Shown: in pieces, positions 1 through 8,946 of the stretch
Numbering within the stretch: the first letter of the stretch is position 1
Layout: each line of letters opens with the position of its first letter
Assembly: GCA_963750645.1 (NCBI GenBank)
Contig: CAVVRO010000005.1
Span: 389,477 to 453,476, forward strand
Reading direction: 5' to 3'
Source of the DNA: an uncultured Microthrixaceae bacterium
Lineage (GTDB): Bacteria > Actinomycetota > Acidimicrobiia > Acidimicrobiales > VFJN01
DNA: 64,000 nucleotides
The notes under the pieces: generated by a model
Seen by the model: only the letters and a program-made list of their open reading frames with translations
What the model was told of the DNA's origin: nothing
The model's database searches: none
Translations under genes and position numbers: made by a program

Positions 1-834
1 GTTGGCGAGGTCGTGCGGGAAGGCGCGGTGCAGCTCAGGCACCTCCGCCAGCGTGTCGCCCGTGTCGAGCACGAGGCGGTCTCCCTCGAGGCGGTTGTCT
101 GCGGCCGGACCGAGGCCGAAGGTGACGTGCCGGGCGGCTGCCCTGGTGAGCTCCCCGGCGACCACGGGATCGTCCAGGTTGCCGATGGCCACCTGGTCGG
201 CGGACTGATCCGCCCAGATGCGCCCCTTGGCCGCCACGTAGTCGGCCATGCTGGCGTGGCTGCCCACGCCACTGGGGTCGAGGTGGTCCGGCGCCACGTT
301 GAGCCACGTGCCGACGTCAGGCGCGAAGCGGTGGGAGTGCAGGAGCCGGAACGACGACGCCTCCACGACGAAGATCTCGACCGTGGGATCCTCGATGGCG
401 GCGACGAAGGGCAGCTCGGTGTTGCCGACGGCGGCGGCGTGCCGGCCTCCCGCCTCGAACATCGCGCGGACCAGCTCCGTCACGGTGGTCTTCCCGTCCG
501 TCCCGGTGATCGCGACGAGCGGGCGGTCGTCCCAGCGCGTCGCGAGGTCGAACTCGGAGAGCACCGGCACCTCGGCATCTCGAGCGACCGCGAAGATCGG
601 GTGGTGGTCGGGAACTCCGGGGCTCGGCACGACCGCCTCGCTGCCCGCGACCACGGCCCGTAGGTCCTCCTGATCGGGCGCTGCGATGAGCCGCACGCCG
701 AGCTCGTCGGCGAGCGCCCTGCCCGCCGGGGTCGGCGCGTCGTCCACGGCCACCACCGATGCGCCACGGGCCACCAGCGCTCGGAGCACCGCCTGCCCCG
801 TGACCCCGAGACCCAGGACGACGTGATCGGTCAA
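1..834 (-). CDS. murD: UDP-N-acetylmuramoylalanine--D-glutamate ligase MurD, N-terminal 278 codons (3' end runs off the window)
   Basis: Open frame to the window edge, so absent from the ORF track. TTG start at 834 overlaps the mraY stop (TTGA). Translation LTDHVVLGLGVTGQAVLRAL... with ATP-site motif VAITGTDGKTTV near nt 480-540. dcw synteny after mraY. Confidence 0.85.
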   Translation of the reverse strand, partial: MTDHVVLGLGVTGQAVLRALVARGASVVAVDDAPTPAGRALADELGVRLIAAPDQEDLRAVVAGSEAVVPSPGVPDHHPIFAVARDAEVPVLSEFDLATRWDDRPLVAITGTDGKTTVTELVRAMFEAGGRHAAAVGNTELPFVAAIEDPTVEIFVVEASSFRLLHSHRFAPDVGTWLNVAPDHLDPSGVGSHASMADYVAAKGRIWADQSADQVAIGNLDDPVVAGELTRAAARHVTFGLGPAADNRLEGDRLVLDTGDTLAEVPELHRAFPHDLAN

Positions 835-1865
835 TCGAGCCCACCGATGCTGATGAAGTCCGCGTAGAAGAGGCCCAGTCCGATCGCCGCGCTGATGCCG
901 GCGATCAACCAGAACCGAACGATCACCGTCGTCTCCGGCCAGCCGCCCAGCTCGAAGTGGTGGTGGATCGGCGCCATGCGGAACACGCGGCGCTTGAAGA
1001 GGCGGAAGCTCGCGACCTGGATGACCACCGAGACCACCTCCATCACGTAGAGGGCGCCCACGATGGGGAGCAGCAGCTGCACGTTGAGCGTGAGGACGAG
1101 CGACGCCACGCCAGCGCCGATCGCCAGCGCGCCGGTGTCGCCCATGAAGATGCGAGCGGGTGCCGCGTTCCACCAGAGGAAGCCCGCGCACGCACCCACC
1201 ATGGCGGCGGCCGCCACCGCGATGTCGAGGGCGTGGTTGATCTGGTACTGGTCGAAGTGCCGGAACGCCCAGAAGCCGATCGCCATCAGGCACGAGAACG
1301 CGAGGATGGCCGATCCCGCGGCCAGACCGTCGAGACCGTCGGTGAAGTTGACCCCGTTCGTCGTGGCGTAGATGAGGAGGACGGCCCAGGCGCACCAGCC
1401 GACGTTGCCGAGCTCCCAGCCCGGGCTGTTCCAGCGCGTGAACGACAAGGTGGTCTCGACGTCGGTCCAGAGCACGGAGCCCACGGCGAACCCGGTCGCC
1501 ACGACCAGCAGGCCGAAGGTCTTGGCCCGCTTGGACAAGCCCGCGTTGCGCTCGTTGCTGACCTTGATCCAGTCGTCCAGGAGACCGACGAGGCCGGCCC
1601 CGACGATGCAGGCCATGACGAGTAGCCCGGTGCGGGTGAAGAGCACGTTGCCGCGCAGGTGGGCGCCCAGGTAGCCCACGACCGCCGCGGCGAGGATGGC
1701 CACGCCGCCCATGGTGGGCGTGCCGGCCTTGACCGTGTGGCCTTCGGGGACGTCCTCGTGGATCGGCTGACCGACCTTGCGCGCGATCAGCACGTCCATC
1801 AGCACCTTGGTGCCGAAGATCGCGATGGCCCCGGCCAGGCACGCCGCGATGAGGAGGGCTACCAC
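831..1865 (-). CDS. mraY: phospho-N-acetylmuramoyl-pentapeptide transferase MraY
   Basis: 344-aa polytopic membrane ORF (GTG start) with typical MraY sequence (...NFTDGLDGLAAG..., ...MGDTGALAIG..., APIHHHFE). dcw position. Confidence 0.93.
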   Translation of the reverse strand: MVALLIAACLAGAIAIFGTKVLMDVLIARKVGQPIHEDVPEGHTVKAGTPTMGGVAILAAAVVGYLGAHLRGNVLFTRTGLLVMACIVGAGLVGLLDDWIKVSNERNAGLSKRAKTFGLLVVATGFAVGSVLWTDVETTLSFTRWNSPGWELGNVGWCAWAVLLIYATTNGVNFTDGLDGLAAGSAILAFSCLMAIGFWAFRHFDQYQINHALDIAVAAAAMVGACAGFLWWNAAPARIFMGDTGALAIGAGVASLVLTLNVQLLLPIVGALYVMEVVSVVIQVASFRLFKRRVFRMAPIHHHFELGGWPETTVIVRFWLIAGISAAIGLGLFYADFISIGGLD

Positions 1866-3280
1866 CTGCGGGATCCTCGCAGGGCGCGGAGGGCGTCGCG
1901 CGCCACCGCCCGGTCGTCGTGCGCCAGCGAGCGGTCTCCCACCACCTGGACAGCCTCGTGGCCCTTGCCGGCGATGACCACGACGTCGCCCGCGCGCGCG
2001 TCCGCCAGGGCCAGCGCGATCGCCGTGGCGCGGTCTGGCTCGACGGTGGCGGGAGCCGACGCCGGCATGCCGGTCCGGATGTCATCGATGATGGCCTGGG
2101 GATCCTCGCCCCGGGGGTTGTCCGAGGTCAGGTAGACGTGATCGGCGAGCCGAGCGGCGACCTCACCCATCTCCGGGCGCTTGGAGCGGTCCCGATCTCC
2201 CCCGGCGCCGACCACCAGCAGGACGCGGCCGCCGGGCGCGGCCTCGCGCGCCGCCTCGAGGGCCCCTGCGAGCGCCCCCGGCTTGTGGGCGTAGTCGACC
2301 AGCACCGCGAACGGCTGACCCTCGTCCACCGGCTCGAAACGGCCCGCGACGCTCGGTGCGGCACGCAACCCGGTGGCGATCGTCGACGTCGGGATCCCGA
2401 GCCGCGCGGCCGCGGTGGCCGCGGCAAGGGCGTTGCTGACGTTGAAGCGGCCGCCGAGCGCGATCTCGACGAGCTCGCCGCGCCAGCGGAACGAGCTGCG
2501 AGTGGCACCGACGACCAGGTCCTCGGCCTCGGTCAGCGAGTAGCCCTCCGTCGGCACCAAGGCCCGGCGGAGCAGCTCCGAGCCGCGCGGGTCGTCGAGG
2601 TTGACGACGGCGCGGTCGCAGTACGCAGCGGTGAACAGCGAGGCCTTGGTCTCGAAGTAGTCGCCCAGGTCATGGTGGAAGTCGAGGTGGTCGTGCGACA
2701 GGTTGGTGAACACCGCCACCGCGAACCGCGTGGCCCGGACGCGCCCCATCGCCAGCGCGTGCGACGACACCTCCATCGCGATCGCGCGCCGACCCCCATC
2801 GCGCTCGGCGGCGAGGCGCGCCTGCAGCTCGGGCGCCTCGGGGGTGGTCCGCGGCCCCGAGAGCGTGCCGAGCACGGCGACCGGCCAGCCGTGGGCCTCG
2901 AGGATCGAGCCCAGGAGGTGGGTGGTGGTCGTCTTGCCGCTCGTTCCGGTGACGCCGACGATCGTGAGCGCTTCGGACGGGTGCCCCCAGAACGCCGACG
3001 CGATGGGCCCGAGGGCGTCCCGCACGGACGGGGTGACGAGCTGCGGCAGGTCGGTGGCCACGGAGCGCTCCACGAGCAGGGCCACCGCCCCGGCACGCGC
3101 TGCCTCGTCGGCGAGGTCGTGGCCGTCCACCGTGGCACCGGGGACGCAGCAGAAGAGCGCGCCCGCCACCACGGCCCGTGAGTCGTGGACGACGGCTCGG
3201 ATCTCGGTGTCGCCGGCCCCGGCCCGGTCCAAGGTCACCGTCGCACCGCGCGTCTCGGAGAGAAGGGCGTCGAGCCGCAC
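1859..3280 (-). CDS. murE: UDP-N-acetylmuramoyl-tripeptide synthetase MurE (Mur ligase)
   Basis: The real start is probably GTG at 3280 (VRLDALLSETRG...); the track ORF extends upstream as Arg/Pro junk overlapping ftsI. MurE-type motifs: HDSRAVVAGALFCCVPG, GVTGTSGKTTT, DYAHKP, GAGGDRDRSKRP, TSDNPRGEDP, IAGKGHE. Confidence 0.88.
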   Translation of the reverse strand: MRLDALLSETRGATVTLDRAGAGDTEIRAVVHDSRAVVAGALFCCVPGATVDGHDLADEAARAGAVALLVERSVATDLPQLVTPSVRDALGPIASAFWGHPSEALTIVGVTGTSGKTTTTHLLGSILEAHGWPVAVLGTLSGPRTTPEAPELQARLAAERDGGRRAIAMEVSSHALAMGRVRATRFAVAVFTNLSHDHLDFHHDLGDYFETKASLFTAAYCDRAVVNLDDPRGSELLRRALVPTEGYSLTEAEDLVVGATRSSFRWRGELVEIALGGRFNVSNALAAATAAARLGIPTSTIATGLRAAPSVAGRFEPVDEGQPFAVLVDYAHKPGALAGALEAAREAAPGGRVLLVVGAGGDRDRSKRPEMGEVAARLADHVYLTSDNPRGEDPQAIIDDIRTGMPASAPATVEPDRATAIALALADARAGDVVVIAGKGHEAVQVVGDRSLAHDDRAVARDALRALRGSRRW

Positions 3281-3284
3281 CCGG

Positions 3285-5313
3285 TCAGCCGCCGTCGTCG
3301 GGCGCCGAGGTGGCGGTGGGACCGGGGTCGACCGCCGCCACCGTCGTGGTCGTGGTCGTCGCCGGGGTGGCCCGCACCCGCTCGGGCTCGAGGGCCTGCA
3401 CGACCCCTGCCGCCTCGGCCGCCGCGGCCGCCGTGTCCGGGGCAGGCGCCTGTTCGACGAGCGGCGGGGGGATCCGGAAGAGGCGGAGTCCGTACTGCGC
3501 GAGGTCGGCGAACACCGGTGCCGCCACGGTGCCGCCGTAGATGTCACCAGCGGGCTCATCGATCACGACGATGATCGAGAGCTCCGGCTTCTCGGCGGGC
3601 ACGAAGCCGGCGAAGGTGGCGATGTAGCGGTAGCTCCCGGGGGCGCCGTAGCCACCCTCGGGAAGCGGCTTGCGGGCGGTGCCGGTCTTGCCCGCCACCG
3701 AGTAGCCGGTGATGCCGCCACGGGTGCCGGTGCCCTCTGCGACCACGTTGACCAGCATCTCGCGCATCTGCTCTGCGGTGGACCCGGACACCACCCGTCG
3801 CGCCGCACCGTCCTCGACAGGATGTCGGACGCCCGCGCTGTCGACGGTCTCGAGCACGAGCTTGGGCGGCACGTACACGCCGTCGTTGGCGAGGACGTTG
3901 TAGGCCTGGAGCATCTGCATCGCCGTGACGGCGATGCCCTGACCGATGGGGATCGATCCCATCGAGGTCCCGTTGTAGTGCTCCGGCGCCAGCAGCACGC
4001 CCGCCGCCTCGTTCGGGAAGTCGAGTGCCGTCTTCTCGCCGAATCCGAACCGGCGCAGGTAGGTGTCGAACCGGTCCTTGCCGAGCATCCCAGCGATCTT
4101 GATCGTGCCGATGTTGGACGACTCGGTGAGGATCCTCGTCACCGAGTAGTTCTCGGTCGGGTGCGGATCGTGGTCCGTGTACAGGTGGTCGCTCACCTGC
4201 AGGTGGTCCGGCACCGTGAGCTCCGTGCTGGGGGTCACCAGGCCCTCCTCGAGCGCGGCCGCCACCGTGATCACCTTGTTCACTGAACCGGGCTCGTACA
4301 CTGCGGTCGCGCCGATGTTGTTCCCCGTGGCCACGATCTCGCCTGTCTCGGCGTCCGTCGTGAAGTTGGCGAGCGCGAGGATCTCGCCCGTCCCGGGTCG
4401 GGACACGATGGCGGTCCCGCCCTTGGCGCCCTTGGCCGTGATCTGCGCGGCCAGCGCCCGCTCCGTCTCGTACTGCATGGAGCGATCGATGGTCAGCACG
4501 AGGTCGTCACCCCGCTGGGCGGGCACGCGCTCGTGGGTGCCGCCCGGGATCGTGCGCCCCTCCGGGTCCTTCTCGATCACGAGCGTGCCCGGCTCGCCCG
4601 TTGAGCGCGTCGTCGTACTGCTTCTCCAGCCCGAACAGGCCGTCGTTGTCCACGCCAACTCCTCCCAGCACCGAGCGGGCCAGGTCGTCAGCGGGCGTGA
4701 AGCGCTTGGGTTCTTCGAGGAACGAGATTCCGGGCAGATCGAGGTCGGCGACCGCGGCGGCGACCGCGTCGTCGACCCGTCGGGCCACGTAGGTGAACTG
4801 GGCGTCACCGGCCAGGTCCTGCGCCAACGCGTTGGCCTGAGCGGTGTCCAGCCCGAGGGGGCCGGCCAGCGCCGTCGCGACCTCCAACGGGTGCCGGATG
4901 AGGGTCGGGTTGGCCCAGATCGTCTGCTGCGGGAGGCTCACGGCGAGATCATTCCCGTTGCGGTCGAAGATCGACCCGCGGTCCGCGGGAAGCGTGATCT
5001 CCTGGACCCGCTGGGACACGCCGAAGGCGGCGTACTCCTGGCCGCCGAGCGCCTGCACCTGGACGAGTCTGGCGACGATGGCCCCGAAGGCCAGCACGAG
5101 CAGGATCAGGGTCGCGACGAGCCGCAGATGCGGGCGGCCGGCGCGACCACGGCGTCGAGGCGCCGGACGCGTCGCGCGGCCCCGCGGGTGGGGGCGGGAG
5201 TCGGCGGGGGCCCGGCCCACGCGCGCGGCACCGCCCCGCCGGGGTGCGGCAGGGCGGGTCGTCGCGGGCCGGCGGCCGCGGGGCGGGGTGCGGGTGGGCC
5301 CGACAGGCGTCAT
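3285..5313 (-). pseudogene. ftsI: FtsI / class B penicillin-binding protein, reading frame broken once near nt 4600 (possible assembly indel)
   Basis: The N-terminal part (ATG 5313, ATGA overlap with the ftsL stop; TM helix LVATLILLVLAFGAIVA; ...GLEKQYDDALN) and the C-terminal transpeptidase part (TGEPGTLVIEKD...YEPGSVNKV...GKTGTA) lie in adjacent frames. The span is 2029 nt (3n+1). Confidence 0.85.
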
Positions 5314-5879
5314 GGCGCGGGCGCCTCCAGCATCGGCTTGACCTCGCTCCACGCGCGGTCCGGGGTCGCCCCGACGATGGGATCGGCGACGGGCTCGCGA
5401 GCGTCACCCGTCGTCGGTCCCACCGCGGAGGCCTCTGGGGCCGGCGGCTGGAGGTAGATGAGGTCGTCCGGCGTGACCATGCCCTGCTGGTGCGCGGCGT
5501 CCACGATGCGCGTCGGCGACTCCAGCTCCGCCACGGTCGTGCGGAGCTCCTGGTAGCGGGCCTGCTCCTCGGTGAGCTGCGCGTCGAGGCTGTCCAGCCG
5601 CACCTGCCCCTGCACCAGCACCGTCTGAGCGATCGCGACGGCGAGAAGGGTGGCGAACAGGGCCGCGGTGAGCAGCACCGCCGCGGTCGGCGTCAAGCGA
5701 CGGCGCACCCGCTCGGCGGGCGCGACCACCCGGAGGTGGTTGGGGCGCTCGACCCGACCGGGACGGGGCGAGGGGGCCGGCTGGGGCGCCACGGCGACCG
5801 CCGCCGCACCCCGTGTCAGGTAGCGCGGCGCGGCGGGCGCGGGCCGTCGCGGGCGCGCCGCGGTGTCGAGCATGCTCAT
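5310..5879 (-). CDS. FtsL-like / septum-formation initiator family membrane protein
   Basis: 189 aa with one TM (AAVLLTAALFATLLAVAIA) followed by a coiled-coil-like segment (LDSLDAQLTEEQARYQELRTTVAELESP). Sits between rsmH and ftsI, with ATGA overlaps on both sides. Confidence 0.7.
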   Translation of the reverse strand: MSMLDTAARPRRPAPAAPRYLTRGAAAVAVAPQPAPSPRPGRVERPNHLRVVAPAERVRRRLTPTAAVLLTAALFATLLAVAIAQTVLVQGQVRLDSLDAQLTEEQARYQELRTTVAELESPTRIVDAAHQQGMVTPDDLIYLQPPAPEASAVGPTTGDAREPVADPIVGATPDRAWSEVKPMLEAPAP

Positions 5880-6862
5880 GTCGGGTCGGCCTCGGGCTCA
5901 GGCGCGGGGACGGCGAGCTTCTCGGCCGCGCGGAGCCGAGCGCTGGACGCGCGGGGGTTGGCGATGGTCTCCGCCGCGGGCGGCGTCCACGACCCCGCCT
6001 TGAGGAGCCTGACCGTCGGGTGCACCCCCGATGGCGGGGGCAGGTGCGCCGGTCCCGTCCAGCCACCGGTCGCGGCGTGGCGGAGGCGGGCCTTCACGAT
6101 GCGGTCCTCGCCGGAGTGATAGGACAGCACGACGCAGCGCCCGCCCGGCTGCAAGGCGGCGATCCCCGCGTCGATCGCCGGCGCCAGGACGTCGAGCTCC
6201 GCGTTCACGGCGATGCGGATCGCCTGGAACGTCCGCTTGGCGGGGTGCCCGCCGGTGCGTCGAGCCGGTGCCGGGATCGCCTCGCGGACCAGCTCGGCGA
6301 GCTGCCCGGTCGTCGTGACCGGCCGTGCCGCCACGATCGCCTTGGCGATCCGGCGGGCGAACCGCTCGTCGCCGTAGGCGCGAAGGATGCCGGCCAGCTC
6401 CCGCTCGTCGGTCTCGTTGACGACCTCGGCGGCCGTGCGCACCTGACGCTGGTCCATCCGCATGTCGAGGGGCGCGTCGTGCCGGTAGCTGAAGCCGCGC
6501 CCGGCTCGATCGAGCTGAGGGCTGCTCACCCCCAGGTCGAAGAGCACGCCGCTCACCGGTGTCGTCCCGAGCTGCTGCACGATGTCGTCCAGGGAATCGA
6601 ACCGAGCCCGGTGGAGGAGCGCCCGGTCCCCGAAGGGACGGAGCCGCTCTGCGGCCGCTGCGAGCGCATCGGCGTCTTGGTCGAGCCCGAGCACCCGGAG
6701 GTGCGCATGACGGGCCAGCAGCGCCGCGGCGTGCCCCGCACCCCCCACCGTGGCGTCGACCACCCAACCGGGTGGAACAGGGGTGAAGAGCTCGACGATC
6801 TGGTCCACCATCACCGGCTGGTGCCGGAAGCTGGTGGCCGCCTCGTCGCCGGTGTCGCTCAC
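5876..6862 (-). CDS. rsmH: 16S rRNA (cytosine1402-N4)-methyltransferase RsmH
   Basis: 328 aa, GTG start. Sequence HQPVMVDQIVELF...DATVGGAGHA...FDLGVSSPQLD... is typical RsmH/MraW. Follows mraZ. Confidence 0.93.
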   Translation of the reverse strand: MSDTGDEAATSFRHQPVMVDQIVELFTPVPPGWVVDATVGGAGHAAALLARHAHLRVLGLDQDADALAAAAERLRPFGDRALLHRARFDSLDDIVQQLGTTPVSGVLFDLGVSSPQLDRAGRGFSYRHDAPLDMRMDQRQVRTAAEVVNETDERELAGILRAYGDERFARRIAKAIVAARPVTTTGQLAELVREAIPAPARRTGGHPAKRTFQAIRIAVNAELDVLAPAIDAGIAALQPGGRCVVLSYHSGEDRIVKARLRHAATGGWTGPAHLPPPSGVHPTVRLLKAGSWTPPAAETIANPRASSARLRAAEKLAVPAPEPEADPT

Positions 6863-6971
6863 CTGCAGCCCCCCGGACAGCTCGTGCCTGCCGGGATGTC
6901 TCCCCGGAACGGACTCGATGGGAAGCGGGCGGAGAGGGAGCCTTCCATCGCGCTGTCCGGGGGGCTGCAGG
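6862..6971 (-). promoter_or_regulatory. 20-bp perfect inverted repeat (6862-6881 / 6952-6971, 70-nt loop) ending on the rsmH start codon
   Basis: I checked base by base that 'cctgcagccccccggacagc' pairs with 'gctgtccggggggctgcagg'. On the minus-strand RNA the 3' arm contains the G-rich stretch 7-12 nt upstream of the GTG start. Confidence 0.5.
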
Positions 6972-7061
6972 GGAGCGACACCGCTCCTCGCATCTCGGTT
7001 GTCGTCCTGCTCCTCTCGTTCTCGATGTGGGTGGGTGCGGTCACCGGTCGGTGCCGCCAGA

Positions 7062-7517
7062 TCAGAACCGCAGCGCCGCGAACGCGTCGCCCACGTCCGC
7101 TTCGTCTTCCGGGGTGGCGGTGGCGGGGTTGACGAGCGCCTCCCAGCGCTCCTTGGCCCAGATCTCGGCCCGGTCGCGACGACCGTTGACGATCACCTCG
7201 CTCCCCAGTGCGGCGTACTCCCGCAGCACCTGGGGGATGACCACACGACCCTGCTGGTCGGGCGTCACCTCGCAGGCGTAGGCCATGAACTTCCGGAGGA
7301 CCACCGGCTCCGCCTCCCGAGCCTCGACGGCGGCGGCGAGGCGATCGGCGATGGCATCGAAGCCCTCGATGGTCCACAGCCCCAGGCAGTCATCGGCCAT
7401 CGCGACCATCCCGGTCTCACCGAGCTGGGCACGGATCTTGGCCGGCAGGACCATGCGGCCCTTGTCGTCCAGTCCGTGCTCGTGGGTCCCGACGAACCGG
7501 GTCCGCTGCTCTGCCAT
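7062..7517 (-). CDS. mraZ: transcriptional regulator MraZ
   Basis: 151 aa, FVGTHEHGLDDKGRMVLPAKIR... and a second SpoVT/AbrB-like half (...DQQGRVVIPQVLREYA). First gene of the dcw cluster. Confidence 0.93.
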   Translation of the reverse strand: MAEQRTRFVGTHEHGLDDKGRMVLPAKIRAQLGETGMVAMADDCLGLWTIEGFDAIADRLAAAVEAREAEPVVLRKFMAYACEVTPDQQGRVVIPQVLREYAALGSEVIVNGRRDRAEIWAKERWEALVNPATATPEDEADVGDAFAALRF

Positions 7518-7559
7518 GGGTCACCAGCTGGTTCATGCCCGGAAGCCCCTCTCCCGTGC

Positions 7560-7640
7560 CGCTGCGTGCCACCGTATGCCACTTTCCCACCATGGTCAAC
7601 CACTCCAACCCACCACGACCCGCAGCGACCCCACCACCAC
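7560..7640 (-). promoter_or_regulatory. candidate dcw promoter / MraZ operator: phased GTGG(G) direct repeats upstream of mraZ
   Basis: The minus strand carries GTGG at 7572, 7582, 7590, 7603 and 7613 (8-13 nt spacing), and GTGGG at 7590, 7613 and 7634. The repeats lie 45-120 nt upstream of the mraZ ATG. Confidence 0.35.
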
Positions 7641-7669
7641 CCGCGCGTGCGCCCGGCGGTCACCGCCGC

Positions 7670-7716
7670 GGTTCGGGGCACCTGGGTACCCGGCAGGGCC
7701 TCCAGTGCCCCGAACC
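7670..7716 (-). terminator. 12-bp stem / 23-nt loop hairpin 11 nt after the stop of the upstream gene
   Basis: 7670-7681 'ggttcggggcac' pairs perfectly with 7705-7716 'gtgccccgaacc'. No U-tract follows. Confidence 0.35.
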
Positions 7717-7727
7717 CGGGCGCTGGG

Positions 7728-8375
7728 TCACGGGATGTGGCGCAGCAGGGCGGCGAGGAGGTGCTCGAGGTCGACGCCGACCCCGGCCGCGACGTCGGCG
7801 AGGTCGCCTCCGGCGGCAGGCGGCAGGCCGAGCAGGGGGACGATGGCGGCCGGATCCCAGCGGCCGAGGGCCGCGCACTGGAACCGCGCGGCGGCACGGG
7901 TCCGCCGCTGGCTGATGCCGACGACCTTGCGTCCGCCGACCGTCACCTCGCCCGGGCCGAGGCCGGCGAAGCACACGTCCGCCGACCACGTGGAGCGCAC
8001 CAGCGGGCCGCGGTGCACGGCTGCGCTCACCCCGAGCTCACCGAGGGCCGCGCCCCAGGCCTCCCCCACCCAGTGGAACGCGCGGCCGATGTCGTCCTGC
8101 CACAGCCCGTCCCCGACCGGCAGCACCAGGTCGACCCACAGCACCTCGCCCGGAACGACCAGCACGGCCCCGCCCCCGCTGCGCCGCCGGACGACGTCGA
8201 CCCCCGCCGCCGCACACGCCGCCCGGTCGACGCCGTCCTCCGGCTGCGCGCTGCCCAGCACGAGCGCGGGACCGGAGGCTTCACAGACCCACACCGCCCG
8301 CTCGGCCGGCTCCGCCACGTCCCGAGCGTGGAAGTCCGTCGCGCTCGACCGGGCGCGCTGGACCTGCCAGCTCAC
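7728..8375 (-). CDS. biotin/lipoate A/B protein ligase family protein (LplA-like catalytic domain)
   Basis: 215 aa with RRRSGGGAVLVVPGEVLWVDLVLP and GGRKVVGISQRR (lysine motif of the LplA/BPL fold). Confidence 0.7.
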   Translation of the reverse strand: MSWQVQRARSSATDFHARDVAEPAERAVWVCEASGPALVLGSAQPEDGVDRAACAAAGVDVVRRRSGGGAVLVVPGEVLWVDLVLPVGDGLWQDDIGRAFHWVGEAWGAALGELGVSAAVHRGPLVRSTWSADVCFAGLGPGEVTVGGRKVVGISQRRTRAAARFQCAALGRWDPAAIVPLLGLPPAAGGDLADVAAGVGVDLEHLLAALLRHIP

Positions 8376-8391
8376 CGGCGCGCGAGATCGC

Positions 8392-8898
8392 TCACGCGGA
8401 GAGCGTGGCGGGACGCAGGTAGGGCTCCCAGTGCTGGGGCACGGTGCCGACCGCGACGACGACCCAGGTGAGCTCGCGCGGCGCCGTCGGACGCCGACGC
8501 AGCACCATCGACGTCTCGTGCAGGAGCCGGTCGCGCTTGCGGACGTTGCACGGCCGGCAGGCCGCCACGACGTTCTCCCAGGTGTGCTCGCCTCCCTTGC
8601 TGCGCGGCACGACGTGGTCGATGCTCTCCGCCGTCACCCCGCAGTACTGGCACGAGTGCCCGTCGCGGGCGAAGACGCCCCTGCGGTTGAGCGGTGCCCG
8701 ACGCCGGAAGGGCACCTTGACGAAGTGGCGGAGCCGGATGACCGAGGGCACCGGCAGCGAAAGGTGCTCGGAGCGCAGGGCCTCGCCGGTGTCGTGGAGC
8801 ACATCGGCCTTGTGGCCGAGCACGAGCACGGCGGCTCGGCGGCTGGGCACCACGCACAGCGGCTCGTAGGTGGCGTTGAGCACGAGGGCCCGAGACAT
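8392..8898 (-). CDS. HNH endonuclease family protein
   Basis: 168 aa with DGHSCQYCG...IDHVVPRSKGGEHTWENVVAACRPCNVRK (HNH plus zinc-finger cysteines). Confidence 0.85.
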   Translation of the reverse strand: MSRALVLNATYEPLCVVPSRRAAVLVLGHKADVLHDTGEALRSEHLSLPVPSVIRLRHFVKVPFRRRAPLNRRGVFARDGHSCQYCGVTAESIDHVVPRSKGGEHTWENVVAACRPCNVRKRDRLLHETSMVLRRRPTAPRELTWVVVAVGTVPQHWEPYLRPATLSA

Positions 8899-8946
8899 CG
8901 CCGGAACGTTACCGGTGGGGCCGGCCAGGCGGCATGCGGTTCTGGC

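Noticed and set aside
317-844. 175-aa minus-strand ORF at the murD position
   Set aside because: It is in the wrong frame. The real murD frame starts at TTG 834, contains GTDGKTT, and stays open to the window edge, which is why it is missing from the ORF track.
1859-3559. Calling this Mur ligase MurF (expected by synteny), and using the full 566-aa ORF
   Set aside because: The motifs are MurE-type (DNPR, KGHE). The first 93 codons are Arg/Pro junk overlapping the ftsI 3' end, and GTG 3280 lies 5 nt after the ftsI stop.
4595-4606. Programmed ribosomal frameshifting in ftsI, dinB or the fadE genes
   Set aside because: There are no slippery X-XXY-YYZ-type heptamers or conserved downstream structures at the break points. 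The breaks are too numerous (6 and 9 per gene) and sit in ordinary G/C-rich codons.
8392-8898. HNH endonuclease as part of a mobile element or defence system
   Set aside because: It is a stand-alone small HNH protein embedded between housekeeping genes. No methyltransferase, intein, intron, integrase or repeat boundaries are nearby.
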